Under the pieces are notes generated by a model, which saw nothing but the letters and a program-made list of their open reading frames with translations, was not told where the DNA came from and ran no database searches. Shown piece by piece: positions 1-13,157 of a stretch of DNA of 64,000 nt (position 1 is its first letter; every line of letters starts with the position of its first letter). The stretch comes from Octopus sinensis. Taxonomy: Eukaryota. The DNA is taken from NCBI RefSeq assembly GCF_006345805.1, contig NC_043021.1:22258001-22322000 (forward strand). Reading direction: 5' to 3'. Both the position numbers and the translations under genes were made by a program.

Positions 1-770
1 TTGGAGAAAATAATTAATTCTAAGTTGAATCGTTTTTGCAAGGTTGGGTTATAATAATTTGTAATAGGTTTGTGTACGAAATACATGTTGTTGTTTAGAT
101 CAATATAGTATATGATTAGAAAATTGTATTATTTAATCTGAAGTGTAAAGGTGACGCATTGTAGGAAATTAAGTGAAAATATATTACAGTAAATATTTTG
201 GAATATGATACGGAATATAAATGAAATATATTATTATAATTTAACATTAAAATAAATTAAAATAAAGTAAGAATAATTGAGGAAATATGGTAATAAAAAG
301 AAATGCATATTTGAATAAGTATGAGTGCAAATGTTGAAACTGGAATAAGAAGTATGGAATAAGTTTAATTAAAGACGTTAAATAATCAAATCGAGTACTG
401 TAATATAAATTTATTGAAGATTAATATATTGATAGTTCGATATAAATTTGTAAGTTATAAATTCAATAATTACATAAATATTACAAATGGGATATAATAA
501 TTAACTCTAAGTTTAAACAATGAAATAAGTCCATTAAGAGATGGAACTCTGCTAGAATATCTGCTGTTTATCAGTCATTATTGTCTACATGCTACGGTAC
601 AGAAAGCATTAAATGTTATTGGAAATATACTGAGGTGGTTTGTGATAATGAAATTCACATTGGAACGTGTCTTATGTCGGTAAATATAAATTGTGCGATA
701 AAATTTTCGACGACATATCTTAATATACTAGTGTGCATGTGAATGTAATTGTATGTGTTTTTGTGCGTTA

Positions 771-1000
771 GGCGGCGAGCTGGCAGAATCTTTAGCACGC
801 CGGGCGAAATGCGTAGCCGTATTTCGTCTGCCGTTGCGTTCTGAGTTCAAATTCCGCCGAGGTCGACTTTGCCTCTCATCCTTTCGGGGTCGATAAATTA
901 AGTACCAGTTACGCACTGGGGTCGATGTACTCGACTTAATCCGTTTGTCTGTCCTTGTTTGTTCTCTCTGTGTTTAGCCCCTTTGGGGGTAGTAAAGAAG
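771..1000 (+). mobile_element. SINE family A (tRNA-derived head), young-type tail
   Basis: GGCGGCGAGCTGGCAGAATC head, B-box-like GAGTTCAAATTCC and tail ...TTTAGCCCCTT..GGGTAGTAAAGAA; more than 12 related copies in the window. Confidence 0.85.
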
Positions 1001-1166
1001 TACGTGTTTTGTGCGTGCGCGAGTGTGTATTCTTGTGTGTGAGTGTTTGTGTGTGTGTTGTATGTACGTGTGGGTGTATGCTTGTGTGTGTGTGAGTGTG
1101 TGTGGTGTGACTGTTTGTGTGTATGTGCATGTGTGTGTGAGTAGTTAGGAAATTATGACCTATTTA

Positions 1167-1268
1167 GAGTTGCTGTGCGTTTAAGACGCTAGCTTCCAAA
1201 CCATAAGGTCGTGGGTTCAGTCTCACAGCACAGCAGTCTGGTTGAATGACTTTTCATTTAGCCCCGGG
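1167..1268 (+). mobile_element. Degraded SINE-B head
   Basis: GGGTTCAGTCTCACAGC...TAGCCCCGGG resembles the 5' part of intact B copies. Confidence 0.5.
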
Positions 1269-1320
1269 ACGGTAATAACATCATTTAACGAAGAGAAATT
1301 CTCTCGAACCTGAAAAATGA

Positions 1321-1420
1321 AAGGCCACTTCAACCAAAGCGGAGTTGGAGCTCAGAACAAAAAGACAGAAGAAACGCCGCTAAGCATTTTGTCCGGCGTG
1401 ATAAAGATTCTGCCAACTCG
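1321..1420 (-). mobile_element. SINE-A 5' fragment, diverged
   Basis: Reverse complement matches the A head (CGCTAAGCATTT...GATTCTGCCAACTCG on the plus strand). Confidence 0.7.
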
Positions 1421-1579
1421 AGGCATTTGTTACTCTATAAGAAGTGAAATAGGACCAGGGCGTGTGTATATTATTGGCAAAATTAACTTCTTACGACACA
1501 GCAAAACGCGTTTGAACATACGATTTAGCATCAATAAGCCTGCATGGAATTTTTTGAAGAATGGAGTAATTTTATATTC

Positions 1580-1941
1580 TTTTATCCTTTTACGTTTTTT
1601 AGTCATTTCACTGCGGCCAGGCTGGATCACCGCATGTAGTCGGGCAAATCGACCTCAGAACTTATTCTTTGTAAGCCTAGTAATTATTCTATAAGTCTCT
1701 TTTTGGAACCGCTAAGTTACGGGAGCGTAAACACAAAAGCATCGGTTGTCAAGCGATTGTGGGGGACAAATACAGACCACACACTCACATACAACGGGAT
1801 TCTTTCAGTTTCCGTCTACCATATCCACTCACAAAGCATTGGTCAGCCTGAGGCTATAGTAGAAGATACCAGTTAGAGGGATTAAGCACGGAAACATGGG
1901 GTTGGGAAGCAAGCTTCTTACCACACAGCCACGCTGCTCCT
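1580..1941 (-). mobile_element. SINE family B, older copy
   Basis: Collinear along its length with the adjacent B copy 1946-2355, with many substitutions. Confidence 0.85.
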
Positions 1942-1945
1942 ATAT

Positions 1946-2355
1946 ACTCTTTACTCTTTTACTTGTTTCAGTCACTTGACTGCGGCCATGCTGGAGCACC
2001 GCCTTTACTCGATCAAATCGACCCCGGGACTTATTGTTTGTAAGCCCAGTACTTATTCTATCGGTCTATTTTGCCGAACTGCTAAGTGACGGGGACGTAA
2101 ACACACCAGCATCGGTTGTCAAGCAATGCTAGGGGGACAGAGACACACAAACACACACGCATATACATATATACATATAAATACATATATACGACAGGCT
2201 TCTTTCAGTTTCCGTCTACCAAATCCACTCACAAGGCATTGGGCGGCCCGGGGCTATAGCAGAAGTCACTTGCCGAAGATGCCACGCAGTGGGACTGAAC
2301 CCGGAACCATGTGGTTGGTTAGCAAGCTACTTACCACACAGCCACTCCTGCGCCT
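1946..2355 (-). mobile_element. SINE family B, full length
   Basis: Sense head AGGCGCAGGAGTGGCTGTGTGGTAAG, GGGTTCAGTCCC box, internal TA/TG microsatellite, tail CAGCATGGCCGCAGTCAAGTGACTGAAAC + (AAAGAGTA)n. Confidence 0.9.
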
Positions 2356-2889
2356 GTTTGTTCTTTTTTTTTTCAGATCTTTTTACTAAAATAGCTCAAA
2401 ATTAAATACCGACAACCAATTTTAATTTTCTTGCTCAACTAACAACTATTAGTAGCTAAATTATTGATTTTCACTTTTGAAACATCTAAATCATATTTTG
2501 ATATAATGCTAAAATAATATTTATATGCACAACTATAATTTAAGTTCCACTTACGTATATATAGTTACACCTAACAATTATTCCATTATGAGATCATTTA
2601 TCATATCTTCTCATGTTAGCCATGTCTTGCATACACACTGGCTGTGGTCGATTATATAACAAGCATTTTTAACTACATGTCTAGTTTAAACTTATTCGAA
2701 GAAGTATTCAGATTCTAGTATATTCCGTCAGGGATATTACTGTGGGAGAATCTTAGATTTATATATGTCTACAAGGAATAACTATGATTATTCGCTCTAA
2801 ACATTGTCTCGGTTTTCTATTAAATATATATGATTTTATACTCACCATAAATATGTTAAGCATATAAGGAATCTGTTCTTATTGTACAC

Positions 2890-3129
2890 GGATATATATC
2901 TACATCTATCTAGATAGCTAGCTAGCTATCAATCTCTCTATCTATTTCTTACTCTCTCTCTCTCTCTCTCTATCTTTCTCTCTCTCTCTACTACATATAT
3001 CAATATATGCGCAATATATATATATATAATATATAATATATATATATATATATAATATATATATATATAATAATATATATATATATATATATAAAATATT
3101 ATAGAGACAAAACCACTATTTTGCAAAAC

Positions 3130-3227
<98 letters not shown>

Positions 3228-3245
3228 TGTATATGTATATATATT
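2890..3245. repeat. Compound microsatellite (TAGC/TC/TA)
   Basis: Direct inspection; source of the YI-repeat ORF 2938-3285. Confidence 0.95.
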
Positions 3246-3584
3246 TCGGTGGGAATGTTTTTTTTATATGTGTCGTGTTTTGCAATCCCGTAAATAATAA
3301 TGGTATTTTTATTCAGCCTTAAAGCATATAGCGATTACCGTGCAATGACTAAGGAAAATATTCTAATAAAGGGGCATATCAGCCCTCGACAGAAAAAGAA
3401 GATTTTCTATTCGCATGTGACACGTACCCATATCCTTTTGTTAACCCAACTATGTTTGTTACCCATCGTATAACTAAACCATTGCCATCGTATAACCAAA
3501 CCATTCGCACCGAAATAATAGGTTGGAATTTTGTTTACACAAAACAAATACGAATTAATATAATTCTTAAATTTGACAGAAAGA

Positions 3585-3664
3585 GTGCGGCTAATTCGCT
3601 GGTATAAAATTAGCACACCTAGTCGCATTAATAAAGGGATGTGGGTTCGAGTCCCACGCGGATA
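3585..3664 (+). pseudogene. tRNA-like remnant (pseudogene or SINE head)
   Basis: Perfect T-arm GTGGG-TTCGAGT-CCCAC with B-box; A-box weak and no clean acceptor or anticodon stem. Confidence 0.4.
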
Positions 3665-3761
3665 GGAAACCCTTCTTTGTTTCTATTGAGGGCTTATATT
3701 TCTCTTATTAGACTATTTTCCATTGTCATTGCACGGTGATCGCCATGAGCTTTACGCATAC

Positions 3762-3826
<65 letters not shown>

Positions 3827-4176
3827 CCGTTTTAATAAAAGCGCAAAACAATCACAAAAGAGTGTGCTTCTGAGCTTTGTGTTCCCGTTTGTCGGACAGT
3901 TATGATCAAGTGTGGAATAAAACTGTGATGCTACATATAATATATGATTTGATATAATCCAATCTGACGAATAAGCACTTGAATTTGATTGGGTAATTTA
4001 TTTTCGATACATGAACCGTGTTGTATTCTCTAATGATCATACGAGTTGGTGTTGGAGTGTATAAATTGAATAGTAAAATATGAATATATCATACTTTATA
4101 AGATCAAAAGAACCTTGAGTGTAGAAGGTTGTAAAGTATGTCTACAAGAGTGCTTCCTCACGTATATCTATCTAGT

Positions 4177-4493
4177 GAGGGCGCGTGGCTTAGTGGTTAG
4201 GGCATTCGGCTCATGATCGTATGGTTGTGAGTTCGATTCCCGGCGACGCGTTGTGTCCTTGAGCAAGACACTTTATTTCACGTTGCTCCAGTCCACTCAG
4301 CTGGCAAAAATGAGTTGTACTTGTATTTCAAAGGGTCAGCCTTGTCACTCTGTGTCACGCTGATTATCCCCGAGAACTACGTTAAGGGTACACGTGTCTG
4401 TGGAATGCTCAGCCATTTGCACGTTAATTTCACGAGCAAGCTGTTCCGTTGATCGTATCAGCTGGGACCCTCGTCGTCGTAACCGGCGGAGTC
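4177..4493 (+). mobile_element. SINE family C (tRNA head + GTGTCCTTGAGCAAGACACTT central domain + tail T1)
   Basis: A-box TGGCTTAGTGG, B-box GTTCGATTCC; the 3' half is nearly identical to the family D tail at 9820-9993. Confidence 0.85.
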
Positions 4494-4774
4494 TTTTAAA
4501 TATCTATCTATGTATCTATTTAACTATATATCTATCTATCTGTCTATCTATATTTATATATGTGTATCTGCAGAAATATATCCGCCGTATTGAAAGCACT
4601 GCCTTCAATTACTATGTTTGTACTGTCCCGGACAAAAGACACATGCGAATGGTCTTCTTTATGAAAGTCAATTAAGATCAGTATCAGATTGTTTAATTTA
4701 TTATATCGACCTAAAGAATATCACACGTACGAGAAGTGGTTAAGGTAAATTGCTAACTGATCGAACCACAACGA

Positions 4775-4857
<83 letters not shown>

Positions 4858-4986
4858 GGAGCACAGATTCGGAAATGATTAATTTTATGTTTATGCAATG
4901 TTAGAAGAAAATACATTAGTACAGGAGACTAAATGGAAGACTATATTTTAAGAAAGATACAACTACAGATATATGAATAAACATGA

Positions 4987-5017
<31 letters not shown>

Positions 5018-5140
5018 TGTATATATATATATATATATAAGCATATATAAGTATATATATTTTCATAGACTTGTATAAATACGTTTTCATAAATACATAC
5101 AAAAATATATACATATATAAGTATATGTATATACATGCAT

Positions 5141-5172
<32 letters not shown>

Positions 5173-6384
5173 AAGAAAAACGTAAATACTCGCGCATTTG
5201 AATGGCTATATATTAAGTATATAAACATTGTATAAATATATGGCATGTGTATATATAAATACACAGATAACTGCATACCTGTACACATACATGCATATTC
5301 ACGTGTGTGTGTATATATATATAAATATCTTCGTCTATATACGTATTTGTTATATATATATATTATAAAACAGACATGCATACACATTCATATATAGAGC
5401 CTTATAAATCTTTTGGAGAATAAATATACAATTAACGTAATTCAAAGCGAAGTTCAAATACAGTACCGGGTTAATATGCAAGAAATATTGATAAATACTC
5501 TAATTAGTGAGAGGTTTGGCCTTTGATCTCTGATTCGATATCATATTTCAGAATATATTTTAATATAAAAGTGCTGTTCACACAGGAGGTATACATAAAA
5601 AAAGACGGCTTTCTTAAATTACATTTGATATTTCTTACATTCTACGTTGAATATATCATTGAACCTAAAGAAGTTGATTTGATGGCTGTTATAAATATCT
5701 CTGTGCATTTAACTATCACTTTCTCTGTTTTTCGCCCTTTCCCTTTCTCCCTTTTACTTCTCTCTGTCTCTCTCACTCTCTTTCTGTGTATATATATATA
5801 TACATACTTGTATAAAAATGTGTATGTATATATAACTATATATATGTACATATATATATACATACATATATATATATGTATGTACATATGTACAAATATA
5901 TATATGTATATATATCTATAAATATACATGTATATATATAAATATATGTATATATATATGTATATATATATATGTATATGTATATATATATATGTATGTA
6001 TATATATATATATATATGTATATATTTATATGTACATATATATTTAGATAGACAAATAGATAGATAGGTAGACAGACAGTTATACATATAATTTAATAAA
6101 TGTAGTTGCTCTACGTATGAGAATTCAACTTTCATGCCCGTACGGTGCAGTAATCGGGAATATGTGCAGTGTAGTAAGGGCACTGCGCACAGGTCAAGAG
6201 AAATATTTCAAATAAGTCACAGAACGCCTTTATTTATTAAATTATAATCATCTGTCTCGGTTATGCGTGTTACTGACCCAATAAACAAACAAACATTGTA
6301 CAATATATATATATATATGTACATACTAATTAACACAAACAAACACACACACACATACATATATATATATGTGTGTGTGTAGTT

Positions 6385-6560
6385 GAAATTTACAGGAGAA
6401 CAAAAGACGAAGACAGGTGTATAACCAAGAAATAGGTACATTAGGTTAACGCTCTGGTAGGTGAGAAAGTCTTTTACGTTTCGAGCCTTCGCTCTTCAGC
6501 AGGAAAGAGCCCGATTAAATAAACACAGAGAGAATAAAATAAAACTGTTGAAGTTAGCGG
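6385..6560 (-). mobile_element. Family E, Penelope-like terminal repeat, diverged
   Basis: Minus strand CTGCTGAAGAGCGAAGGCTCGAAACGTAAAAGAC, homologous to 11188-11384. Confidence 0.65.
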
Positions 6561-6667
6561 TCACAGCTTCTTACCGCGATATTAATATTATATGAAGGTA
6601 CCAAACGTATTATAAAAGTCGTTTTCATAGAATGAAACTATTAGTAGCTCATAAAAATATATATACT

Positions 6668-7058
6668 GTAGCGTGACTGTGTGGTAAGAAGCTTGCTTAT
6701 CAACCACTAGATTCCGGGTTCAGTCCCACTGCGTTGAGCCTAGGGCAAGTGTCTTCTAATATAGCCTCGAGCCAACCAAGACCTAGTGCGTTCATTTAGT
6801 AGACGGAAACCGAAATAAGTCTGTCGTATATATGTTTATGTGTGTCTGTCTGTCCCCATAACCACTTGATAACCGGTGTTGGTGTGTTTACGTCTTCGTA
6901 CCCTAGCGGTTCGGCCAAAGCTGCCGATAATAAAAGTACTAGGCTTAGAAGAAATAAGGCTTCAGGTCGATTTGCTCGGCTAAAACACTTCGAGGCGGTG
7001 TTCCAGCAAGACCGACCACAGTGAAATGATTGAAACAAGTAGAAGAATAAACGAATAA
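6668..7058 (+). mobile_element. SINE-B, diverged full-length copy
   Basis: Collinear with the B copy at 38517-38955. Confidence 0.85.
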
Positions 7059-7271
7059 ATGCATATATACAATCATGTAGATTGATACTTTCGCATACCT
7101 GTATTTTATTTCAATTACTTTTGTTACCTTCAGTATTACTAAATATTGCTGTATAGTAATTGATACATTCTCATACATGAATAAGATATGAATTTTTGCC
7201 TTCCTTTCTCCAATTAGTGATGTGTTCAATGCGCTTTTGAGATCCATGAATGCGATGCATATAAATAGGTT

Positions 7272-7614
7272 AAAGAGAAAAGACCCCTTCGGTTATGAAT
7301 AACAATGTGTTCTTACCTTGAAAGTTACCCTCCGAACAACAAGTTCGGGAAAGTTTGGTTACGGAAGTCCAGCAATATCCCATGCATAGCAGCCTCCCCT
7401 CTCCATACCGCTGATGTTATCCAAGGGAAAGGCAAAGGGACCGATACAGCTTGGCACCAGTGACGTCGCAACTCATTTCTACAGCTGGGTAAATTGGAGC
7501 ATCCTGAAATAAAAGTATCTTGCTGAAGAAAACAACCCAGTGCCCGGTCTGGGGATCGAACTCACTACCTCATGATTATGAGCTCAACGCTCAAATCATT
7601 GAGCCATGCGCCTT
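7272..7614 (-). mobile_element. SINE family F (C-like head and centre, different tail T4)
   Basis: Sense: GGCGCATGGCTCAATG...GAGTTCGATCCCC...CAGCAAGATACTTTTATTTC...CAGCTGTAGAAATGAGTTG, then a tail unrelated to T1. Confidence 0.75.
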
Positions 7615-8171
7615 ACTGTAAAAATCCATGAAACTAATATCAATTTCTTTTCTTATTGTAGTCAATATTTAAGAATTAAAAGCAGGCCTTTCTGAGGCTA
7701 ATATTTTTCTATTTCGTTTGATTAAAGGCTGAATAGATGTTCTTTGCAAGAAAGAAGCCAAAATTGCTTTTCCTATATTTTTATCACGAAAACTGATGAA
7801 ACCGAAAATAAAATGAAAGAAGACTCTTACTCTTTCTGCCTAACAGTAAATATTCCCTAAATCGTAGATGGCCAACTAAAGTGTAAATCAATCCGATCCT
7901 ACTTTAGGAGACTGGTCGGTGGAAACGATCGTATTAGTGTTAAGGTCGTCTACTAACCTAATGTTTAGCAAATGACCTAAAACATAAAATTAGTGAGGGA
8001 AACTATCATGAAACATAAAATTTGTGAATAAGAAAACATCTGATTATCTCAAAGGATTTTCTTTTTGAGTTTCTGATTCGTAAATGTTGATTGAAAATAA
8101 TAGCCACGAAGAAATTAGTGCCAATATCCTGAGTTTAGTCAACAGAAAAAAAATACACGCATAAACATGTA

Positions 8172-8460
8172 GCACTCCGTCGGTTACGACGCCGAGGGTT
8201 ACAGTTGATCCGATCAACGGAACGGCTTGCTTGTGAAATCACCGAGCAAGTGGCTGAGTACTCCACAGACACGTGTACCCTTAACGTGTTTCTCGGAGAG
8301 ATTCAGCGCGACAAGGTTGGCTCTTTGAAATACAGGTACCGCAGGGACGGGAAGAAAGAATGAGAGAAAGTTGTGAAAGAGTAGAGCAGGGTTCACCATC
8401 ACCCACTGCCGATCTTACGACCGCGAGTCCACTGCCCTAACCGCCAGGCCATTGCGCCTC
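8172..8460 (-). mobile_element. SINE family D with tail T1, internally deleted
   Basis: Matches 9613-9993 in reverse; about 60 nt of the central part missing. Confidence 0.85.
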
Positions 8461-9482
8461 TTCGCATAAACATGTAAAGCGTTTTCGTGCAATCAAATAT
8501 AAAAACTAAAAAATGAAACTCCCCTCTGGATTTCTTACAGCTGTGTTTTTTTTTTCTTTTTTTGTTTCTTTTGGTTTTCTTTTGGTAAGGCTGCTAAACG
8601 AGTGCGGCTGTGTATGAAATTGTTATTAAGAAGACGATAAAAAAAAAATCCTTTATAAGGTTAAACGGAAGGAGGACGTTCTAAATGAAAACAATTACCG
8701 AAAGCATTGTTACAAGCATTATAAAGATGAATGAGGGAAATTGGAACGGAAATATGATAGTGGAATGGGGAAATGTATTAAGGAGGCCCCGAAGAAAGGA
8801 AATTCAGAAGGAAAAAAAAAAAGACAAACAATAGTAACACAATAAAATTATATTAGACACATAAAAGTTAATTAGAATAATCACGGACGTACACACATAA
8901 TTAGGAATTAATGAACTAGACTGTATAAAACACGCAGTATTGAAGGAAACGGTTCCGGGAAAATCTTACCGAACAACTCAACAACGAAAATAAGGTAATT
9001 GTTATTAATATTACTCCGGTTATAGGTTATAGTTATAAAAGTATTAATTAGATGTTAAATGAATTATGACAAATCAGATAATCGAATAGGTTTTATAATA
9101 AAAAAAAACAATCTCGATTTTACTCGGAATACTGTGCAATGAAGCTATTTGGCAAATGCCAAAACCTTTATAAAGCATAAAATGCGTGCAGTTATTATTT
9201 ATATTTATCGAACACACTTTTATGTAAAAGACGCTGTTGTACTCCGAAACCGAATACAAGAATTGATATTTATCCAGCGCTCAAGATTATATGCGTTTGG
9301 ATCCATTTTACTGTAACTACAGAGTCGTTTGTAGGAAACAAAACGGAGGCATCAAAAGGCATCATTTTGCAAGCGTTTCAACGCTACATCGAATAATTTG
9401 AAGACGATAAAAGTGTAAAACTGTAAAACGAAGTGAATGAGATAACACGGCAAAATTCCGGGGTTTTGGGCGGGGTTCCCCG

Positions 9483-9549
<67 letters not shown>

Positions 9550-9612
9550 TCTATTTATATGCATGCATACTCATACGTGTGTGCGTATGTGTGTATTCGT
9601 CTATATTTATTT

Positions 9613-9993
9613 GGTGGAGGCGCAATGGCCCAGTGGTTAGGGCAGCGGACTCGCGGTCGTAGGATCGCAGTTTCGATTCCCATACCGGGCGTTGTGAGTG
9701 TTTATTGAGCGAAAACACCTAAAGCTCCACGAGGCTCCGGCAGGGGGTGGTGGTGATCCCTGTTGTACTCTTTCGCCACAACTTTCTCTCACTCTTATTT
9801 CCTGTTTCTGTTGTACCTGTATTTCAAAGGGCCGGCCTTGTCACTCTCTGTGTCGCGCTGAATATTCCCGAGAACTACGCTAAGGGTACACGTGTCTGTG
9901 GAGTGCTCAGTCACTTACACGTTAATTTCACGAGCAGGCTGTTCCGTTGATCGGATCAACCGGAACCCTCGTCGTCGTAACCGACGGAGTGCT
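9613..9993 (+). mobile_element. SINE family D, full length (tail T1)
   Basis: A-box TGGCCCAGTGG, B-box GTTTCGATTCCC, 3' end CGTCGTAACCGACGGAGTGC. Confidence 0.9.
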
Positions 9994-11187
9994 TCCCCCC
10001 ATATTTATTTGTGCATATTTCGAACGACAAGACAAAAGAGAGATGGTGAAATAGACGAACGGCAAAAGAGCGAGTTAATAATCACGGATTATTAACTTCA
10101 ATATTTTCTGTTTTCAACGACGCTCTATGCGAATTTACTTAGTATCTCTAACGACCCCTGTAACAATCCAACACCACAAAATCAATTATTTATAGCAATT
10201 TCTCTTGACAGTACCTGTAATGATATTTTCTGTTGTATATTTTATACATTTGCAAATCAGTATTTCATTGGAAAATTATGTTGAAGTCGTGTTTCAATGA
10301 GTCAGTCAATGTTTCCCTGCATTTCCGAAAGCTGGAGTGACAAGAGATCCGTGAGCATTCAACCATGAAACACATGTTATACCATCAGCTGAGATAGTCT
10401 TCAATTGCAACTGCCGGTGGATTTAGCATTGTCGTGATGCGTGTATACAGAAGATTATTATCGAAATTGAGTGGCTCGTCATGCGGTTCCTCTTTTCCTT
10501 GTAGTGGTATAATCCTGATTCAGGTTGTAGGAAGTACATTTCTGGTCAGCGAAATTCAAGCCATTATCATCCATCCTTTTCGAAACATAGACATGAAAGT
10601 TAGTTACTAAGTCCTGCTTTTTTATATATATTTAACAAGTTTCAAAAGAGTAAGGTTTGATTTATGCCAGATATGGCTATTATTTCTAACAGGTCTATCT
10701 CATATTTTATGTTTTCTTGTCATCATACACGATGTGCGATGAGAAAATTGCTTCGCAACCATTAAATGTGACTGAGGGTGCAAAGCACATATATTGTTAG
10801 AGATAAGCGGTAACGGCTTTAAATGTTGTAAGATATATAATTTTATATATATATATACATATGCACATACACAGACACGTGCAGAGGAGAGATAACCGCC
10901 CCATGACCGTTTCTAGAATCACTATAGTAGACTGCTATCCCTACTACGGGAGTGTGTATGTGTGTGCACACATATATATACATAGAATGCACATGGGACA
11001 GATCCGTTGAAGGGATGCCAAGATGTTTGATGAAAGAATTTTTAAGGACAAGTAAATTAAAACAAGATAATATTAATAAACTAAAATGAAGATCAAATAA
11101 ACAGTGTGTGTGTTTAATTGGCAAACATAACCACCCTCATGCATAACATTAATGTCTGCGTGCATGTGTATGTGTATGTCTGTGCAC

Positions 11188-11384
11188 ATCGTTAGCTCCT
11201 ACACGCATTTTTTTCTCTCCTTGTTTCTCTCCTTGTTTATTTTCTGTGTATCTTTCTGTCGAAGAGCGTCGGCTCGAAACGTAAAAGACTTTTTCTATTC
11301 TATTCCTGAGCGCCATACTGATACATTTGTTTGTTTGTACTCCACCTGCCTTCGTCTTTTGTTATTTTCGTAAACCTTCCCGTT
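11188..11384 (+). mobile_element. Family E, Penelope-like terminal repeat with hammerhead-like motif
   Basis: TCTTT-CTGTCGA-A-GAGC-GTCG-GCTC-GAAAC-GTA-AAAGA; ends CCCGTT abutting (TA)n; homologues at 6385, 18722, 33035, 61955. Confidence 0.7.
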
Positions 11385-11439
11385 AATATATATATATACA
11401 TATATATTATATATATATTATATATATATATATATATAT

Positions 11440-11469
<30 letters not shown>

Positions 11470-11475
<6 letters not shown>

Positions 11476-11579
11476 TATATAGAAGGAGCTTCTACAGGAC
11501 TAGAACTGTTTCATTCAAGAGAAATCTTCCTTGAATGAAACAGTTCTAGTCCTGTAGAAGCTCCTTCTATATAATAAAT
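11470..11579. repeat. Perfect inverted repeat (50-bp arms, 10-nt spacer)
   Basis: 11470-11519 is the exact reverse complement of 11530-11579. Confidence 0.95.
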
Positions 11580-11729
11580 TAATTTTACTCTGCTATGTAT
11601 TGAGTACCTTATTTACTGTGGTTAACCCCGAATCAACCCGGGACCTACATATATATATATAATATATATATATAAATTATTCTTTTACTTGTTTATATAT
11701 ATATATATATATGTACATACACCTCGTAC

Positions 11730-11875
11730 TTGCTTTCCATTTACCAAACCCCTTCACAAGTCTTTAGTTGGCCGGAGACTACAATAGAAGACACTTGCTG
11801 AAACCCTCACGGGATGAGTCTGAACACGGACCCACATGGTTGCGAAGCAATTTACCCATCACACATCCACATCTG
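11730..11875 (-). mobile_element. Degraded SINE-B 5' half
   Basis: TTTCCATTTACCAAACCCCTTCACAAG...AGAAGACACTTG resembles the B reverse strand. Confidence 0.6.
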
Positions 11876-12359
11876 TATATGATGACAAGAAAACCTAAGA
11901 GCGGTCAGAGGCGTGTTTCTATCAAAATCGAAGACAGATGTAAATCGAGATGAATACAGTTCTCATCGTTAGCAGATTAAAAACGAGTGATTCGGTTACC
12001 ATTCATCGTTAATCGTTATGAATCCTTCCTCTGTAAGCCAGAGAATCGAACTCTTTCAACCTCAGTCTCTATTTATTATTCACTAACCACGTAGCATCAA
12101 TCTATAAGAGTCACTAGGCAACTCCAACACCTTTACCAAATTGAAACATCGGAATAAAAAACACAAGAAAGAATCAAGAAAGCATTTACAAAGACAAAGA
12201 AATGATACGGCGATGACGTAAATGCATTATAGTATTAAGTTTCATCCCTCCAGGCATTGGAATTCTTCAGTTTCCCATTGCAGTCGAATTTCTCTTCCAT
12301 TACTCTATGCTGTGATGTAATAATTCAGCGAAATTACCGTGATATATTGTTGTCGCTGC

Positions 12360-12376
12360 TATTGTAATTATCAATA

Positions 12377-12446
<70 letters not shown>

Positions 12447-12464
12447 TACTATTATTATTATTGT

Positions 12465-12499
<35 letters not shown>

Positions 12500-12612
12500 T
12501 TATTATTACTACTGCTACTACTAATTCTATTATTATTATTAATATTAATATTATTATTATCATTACTACTATTATTATTATTATTATCATCATCATTATT
12601 ATTATTATTACT
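12360..12612. repeat. (ATT/ACT)n triplet microsatellite
   Basis: Direct inspection; source of poly-I/N/Y ORFs. Confidence 0.95.
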
Positions 12613-12617
12613 AGCGA

Positions 12618-12820
12618 GATGGCAGTGAACTGTCAGAATTGTTAGCACGACGGACAAAGTATTCAGAGGCATTTCGTCCGTCTTTACGTTCTGGGTTCAA
12701 ATTCTGCCGAGGTCGACTTTGCCTTTAATGCTTTCGCGGTCAACAAATTAAATACCAGTCATGCACTTGAGTCAATATCATCGAATTACTCTCCCCACAA
12801 TTTTCAGCCCTTGTGTCAAT
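12618..12820 (+). mobile_element. SINE-A, old-type tail
   Basis: A head and body, then CTCCCCACAATTTTCAGCCCTTGTG tail. Confidence 0.8.
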
Positions 12821-12888
12821 ACTAGTGGTGATTATAACCATTACTATTTTTTAATTTTTATTTATTTATTTTTTTGTTTTGATGTGAA

Positions 12889-13157
12889 GGCAGCGAGCTG
12901 GCAAAGTCAGTAAGACGTTGGACGAAATACTTAGCGGTATTTCGTCTGCGTTACGTTGTGAGTTCAAATTCCGCCGAGGTCGACTTTGCCTTTCATCCTT
13001 TCGGGGTCGATAAATTAAGTACCAGTTACGCACTGAGGTCGTTGTAATCGACTTAATACCTATGTCTATCCTTGTTTGTCCCCTCTGTGTTTAGCCCCTT
13101 GTGGGTAATAAAGAAATAGGTATTTTGCCCATCGCTACGTTCTCAGTTCAAATTCCA
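12889..13157 (+). mobile_element. SINE-A young-type followed by start of a second internal unit
   Basis: Tail AAAGAAATA at 13110-13118 joined to GGTATTTTGCCCATCGCTACGTTCTCAGTTCAAATTCC. Confidence 0.85.

Noticed and set aside
1-720. Very AT-rich stretch considered as a possible mitochondrial insertion
   Set aside because: No mitochondrial tRNA, rRNA or protein motif recognised.
3954-3997. CCAAT-CTGACGA...GAATTTG-ATTGG hammerhead-like hairpin
   Set aside because: GAAA and the cleavage triplet are missing; too degenerate to support.
9365-9484. Segment ending CCCGTT + (TA)n like family E
   Set aside because: No further homology to E and no hammerhead core in the matching orientation; cannot be assigned.
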